From the NCBI GenBank assembly GCA_028865095.1, contig JAGWLA010000004.1:8428-72427 (forward strand): a DNA stretch of 64,000 bases, written 5' to 3'. The DNA comes from Patescibacteria group bacterium (GTDB lineage Bacteria > Patescibacteriota > Minisyncoccia > Phycocordibacterales > PALSA-1337). How positions within the stretch are numbered: position 1 is the stretch's first letter; each line of letters begins with the position of its first letter. Positions 61,478 to 64,000 of the stretch are shown here, piece by piece. The position numbers and the translations under genes were made by a program. Below the pieces are notes generated by a model. The model had not been told where the DNA came from, searched no databases, and saw only the letters and a program-made list of their open reading frames with translations.

Positions 61478-62101
61478 TTATCGCCTCTTGATGAAGCCGA
61501 CGGCCCACCCGATGAGGGCGAACAGGCCTATGACCGCCAGCGCGCCTGTGATCGCCGCGAGGATCGTCTCATCCCACCCATAGGGCGCGCCGTAGCCGTT
61601 TCCCCAGCCGCTCATCATGCCGTATCCGTTCGCGTGCTCGCCTCCCATCATAGGCCCAAAGCCCGTCGAGCCGGCGAAGGCCGACGCGGATCCGCATCCC
61701 GAGAAGCGCTCGCCCATGGCGACATGCATGCTGTCGTCATATGCCTGGCCATAGCGGCTGACGATATAGCTGTCCATGGCGTCGTGGCCCGATCCCATCA
61801 TAAGGGTCATGGAATATTCTCCGAGCGACTGATAATCGGCCTGCGTCAGGGTCGGACAGCCGATCGTCCCGGCGCGGAGCTTCTGGGCGAGGGCCTGGCC
61901 CGCGGCTTCGGCCGCATCCATGGTCGTCGAGCCCGCGGCAGCGGGAGTGGACGACCCGTAGTAGCTATACATCATGCCGGGACCATAGCCGTTATAATAG
62001 CCGCCCATCATTTGAGCATCTGCGGGCCGTGCCCCCAAAGCTCCTGCGACGGCGATGAACGAAGCGAACAGGGCGAGCATTGCGATCTTTTTCATATGCA
62101 T
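61478..62101 (-). CDS. Secreted Met/Gly/Tyr-rich protein with C-terminal TM anchor (candidate copper-binding protein under CsoR control)
   Basis: Signal-peptide-like N-terminus; repeated MMGGYYNGYGPGMM / GYGMMSGWGNGYG motifs; two Cys; C-terminal hydrophobic anchor + KRR. 51 nt downstream of csoR on the same strand. Confidence 0.6.
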   Translation of the reverse strand: MHMKKIAMLALFASFIAVAGALGARPADAQMMGGYYNGYGPGMMYSYYGSSTPAAAGSTTMDAAEAAGQALAQKLRAGTIGCPTLTQADYQSLGEYSMTLMMGSGHDAMDSYIVSRYGQAYDDSMHVAMGERFSGCGSASAFAGSTGFGPMMGGEHANGYGMMSGWGNGYGAPYGWDETILAAITGALAVIGLFALIGWAVGFIKRR

Positions 62102-62152
62102 GTGCGTATCGATTACGGACCAATGATAATGCGCCTTCGACGGGCGCTGCGG

Positions 62153-62419
62153 TCATCGTTGAGCCAGCTTGTAGACCTTCAATATCTCTTCGGTGGCCTG
62201 CTTTTCGCGGCCATGCTTGATATCGTGGGCTACGTGCGTCTCCAGATGGTTCCGGAGGATGAGGCTGCCGACGCCCGACAAAGCTTCGCGCGCGGCCTCG
62301 ATCTGCGCGATGATGTCGACGCAGTACACCTCCCGTCCGACCATGTCCTGGACGCCTTTGATCTGGCCGGCGATGATGGACAGCCTCCGCGCGGCGCTCT
62401 TCTTGATGTCTGCTTTCAT
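62153..62419 (-). CDS. csoR: CsoR/RcnR-family metal-sensing transcriptional repressor
   Basis: DUF156 fold with the C-H-C metal-ligand pattern (...EVYCVDIIAQ...H...); start at MKADIKKSAARRL; the TTG start in the track would place the operator inside the ORF. Confidence 0.8.
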   Translation of the reverse strand: MKADIKKSAARRLSIIAGQIKGVQDMVGREVYCVDIIAQIEAAREALSGVGSLILRNHLETHVAHDIKHGREKQATEEILKVYKLAQR

Positions 62420-62428
62420 GGCGCTAGT

Positions 62429-62445
62429 ATACCCCCAGGGGGTAT
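62429..62445. promoter_or_regulatory. Predicted CsoR operator: perfect palindrome ATACCCCC-A-GGGGGTAT 10-26 nt upstream of the csoR ATG
   Basis: Matches the GC-rich ATACCC...GGGTAT-type inverted repeat bound by characterised CsoR proteins; read directly from the sequence. Confidence 0.55.
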
Positions 62446-62451
62446 TACAGG

Positions 62452-63033
62452 TCAATTGCTGAACAGCTTCCGCAGCTCAGCCTCTTTCTCCGGAGAGAGC
62501 CTTGCCTCAAGCAGCTTGGGGATCACTTCTTTCTCGGAAAATCGCCCGTCCATCGCCAAACCCAGAAATTCGTCGAATGTCACCGGCTTCAGCGTTATCT
62601 TCTCCCCACCATCCAGATCGAGGCCCCCCGCTTTCTTCAGGCCTTTGGCGATGAAGGTATAGACGACCCAGTCGATCTTGCTCGTCGGGTGCTGGACGTC
62701 CCAAAGCATGAATTCATCGGCCTCATACCCGCTTTCTTCTCGCAGCTCGCGGCGGGCGGCATCCAGGATATCCTCGCCTTCGTCCACTCTGCCGCCGGTA
62801 GCACCGATGAAAGGATCTTTTCCAGGCTGTTCCTGTTCAGTCAAGAGCACTCGGCCATCTGGCAACACCGGAAACACCACGACCGTGTCCGGTCGTTTCA
62901 GCTTCTCGAATGTGGCGATCGTGCCATCGAACATTTTCTGCTCCCACTGATAGACGTCAAAGATGACTCCCTTGAAGACCCGCTTGGCGTTCCCGGGGAT
63001 CGGCTGTTTCGATGGCGGCCGGGGGATGTTCAT
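62452..63033 (-). CDS. Nudix hydrolase (ADP-ribose pyrophosphatase-like)
   Basis: Nudix box GGRVDEGEDILDAARRELREESGY; start at MNIPRPP; the track start at 63120 overlaps the upstream Nudix gene. Confidence 0.75.
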   Translation of the reverse strand: MNIPRPPSKQPIPGNAKRVFKGVIFDVYQWEQKMFDGTIATFEKLKRPDTVVVFPVLPDGRVLLTEQEQPGKDPFIGATGGRVDEGEDILDAARRELREESGYEADEFMLWDVQHPTSKIDWVVYTFIAKGLKKAGGLDLDGGEKITLKPVTFDEFLGLAMDGRFSEKEVIPKLLEARLSPEKEAELRKLFSN

Positions 63034-63106
63034 CGCGGCGCCGCCCATTCGGCATAATGACCCTCTCTTATGAGAAAGAGGCAGGCTGCAGGTTTGGATA
63101 TGTTCC

Positions 63107-63538
63107 TCATATTTTTTCATAGACGCTCCTTTTCAGGTAGCACGCCACCCCCATGGCGCTCGCGTCGAAATGGGGCTGGGGAAGCGCTCGCGGGTCGGCC
63201 CATATCCAGCCCTCGCATTTCTCCGGCTCCATGATCCTCGCTTCGCCGGAATAGTTCCTGACGAGCAGGATCACGCTGACATAATGCTTCCCTTCCTCTT
63301 TGTACGTCTCCAGATTATTAGTCACGGCGATGACTTTCGGGTCGGATATGTCGATACCCGTCTCCTCCTTCATCTCTCTGACGGCACCCTGCTCGAACGT
63401 CTCTCCCATCTCGAGATGGCCGCCCGGTATGGAATATTTCCGGGCATGACTGCCCTTCCGTTTTCCGACGAGGATCTTCCCTTCGTCATTGACGACGATG
63501 ATCCCTAAGCCCACACGAGGATGTCCTTGTTCGTTCAT
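63107..63538 (-). CDS. Nudix hydrolase (MutT-like)
   Basis: Nudix box GGHLEMGETFEQGAVREMKEETG; 143 aa. Confidence 0.8.
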   Translation of the reverse strand: MNEQGHPRVGLGIIVVNDEGKILVGKRKGSHARKYSIPGGHLEMGETFEQGAVREMKEETGIDISDPKVIAVTNNLETYKEEGKHYVSVILLVRNYSGEARIMEPEKCEGWIWADPRALPQPHFDASAMGVACYLKRSVYEKI

Positions 63539-63539
63539 A

Positions 63540-63989
63540 TCAGGCGAATAGGCTGGCCGCGAAGGCGATGGCCAGTATCGTCACCAGGTTCGAAGCGCTG
63601 TCGGAGAAGAATCTCTTCCAGGCCAAGCCGCGATCGCAGCTGCTCCAAAGCATCCCGGTCCCGATCGCCGGCACCGTGAAGCACAGCCAGCTGAAGACGG
63701 CGAAGCCGACGGCCATGAAGAGCGGCAAGCCGTTATGCAGGCTCTCCAGGACGACGAATACGACCCAGAACGATGTGAGGAACGAGAGGCCCAGCTGGGC
63801 AGCGTACATCTTCGGCATCACGGCTTTTCCCGCCTCCATCTTCTGCTTGCGCTCCTCCTCGGTAAGCTTGTCCATGCCGAGGGAGCGCATGTGTATCTTC
63901 CCCATGGGGGTCTTGTCCGAATACCACAAAGTGCCGATGACCGCATATATGACGGCGCCGGCGATGGCTAAAATGATTATAGTGATCAT
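63540..63989 (-). CDS. DUF1761-family membrane protein
   Basis: 149 aa, 4 TM segments, typical DUF1761 size and topology; 1-nt gap to the Nudix gene. Confidence 0.6.
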   Translation of the reverse strand: MITIIILAIAGAVIYAVIGTLWYSDKTPMGKIHMRSLGMDKLTEEERKQKMEAGKAVMPKMYAAQLGLSFLTSFWVVFVVLESLHNGLPLFMAVGFAVFSWLCFTVPAIGTGMLWSSCDRGLAWKRFFSDSASNLVTILAIAFAASLFA

Positions 63990-64000
63990 ATCGAGCTATT

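Overview
High-GC (roughly 60-65% by eye), gene-dense bacterial chromosomal window. Most genes are on the minus strand. Many long plus-strand ORFs in the six-frame track are antisense artefacts of GC-rich coding sequence and are not reported as genes. Recognisable content, left to right:

- 1-10.9 kb: 5' portion of alaS (gene runs off the left edge), M3 oligoendopeptidase, family-4 UDG, HAD hydrolase, HD hydrolase, an ATP-cone/Mrr-like nuclease, mnmA, mltG, a membrane hypothetical and a sigma-70 region-4 protein.
- 11.0-15.0 kb: a 1332-aa LeuRS carrying three inserted enzyme domains (Nudix, alpha/beta serine hydrolase, Nudix).
- 15.3-18.1 kb: ychF, zwf, a small membrane ORF.
- 18.1-19.3 kb: a tRNA cluster (Val-CAC, Pro-GGG, Ala-GGC, Pro-CGG, Ala-CGC, Ala-UGC) containing a truncated tRNA-like copy and a GIY-YIG ORF.
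- 19.3-21.7 kb: an AT-richer island right after tRNA-Ala.
- 21.8-34.3 kb: ddl, uvrC, uvrA, a tandem-receiver protein, an SPFH protein, a second AT-richer island (DUF4258/DUF2283 toxin-antitoxin pair, PIN protein, small ORFs) abutting a decayed csaA-like pseudogene, and uvrB.
- 35.6-43.6 kb: a carbohydrate block (split transketolase, rpe, rpiB, HD hydrolase, gap), pyrD, DedA and a GT2 glycosyltransferase.
- 44.1-48.3 kb: a marR / HlyD / HlyD / MFS efflux operon.
- 48.4-58.5 kb: uppP, pgl, gnd, ECF sigma/anti-sigma, lexA, a GH63-like hydrolase, PGI/PMI and a ROK kinase.
- 58.5-64.0 kb: DEAD-box helicase, csoR with a Met/Gly-rich secreted protein, two Nudix genes and a DUF1761 protein.

Predicted regulatory sites: two GAAC-N4-GTTC LexA boxes, a CsoR operator palindrome, a MarR promoter/operator, a tRNA-operon promoter, several intrinsic terminators and a terminator-type attenuator in the leuS leader. 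No CRISPR array and no rRNA.

Non-ORF coordinates were counted by hand from the printed sequence and may be off by a few nucleotides. Lineage cannot be fixed from sequence alone; the mix of a split tkt, an archaeal-type PGI/PMI and many lineage-specific hypotheticals is compatible with a high-GC deep-branching or CPR-like bacterium, but this is inference.
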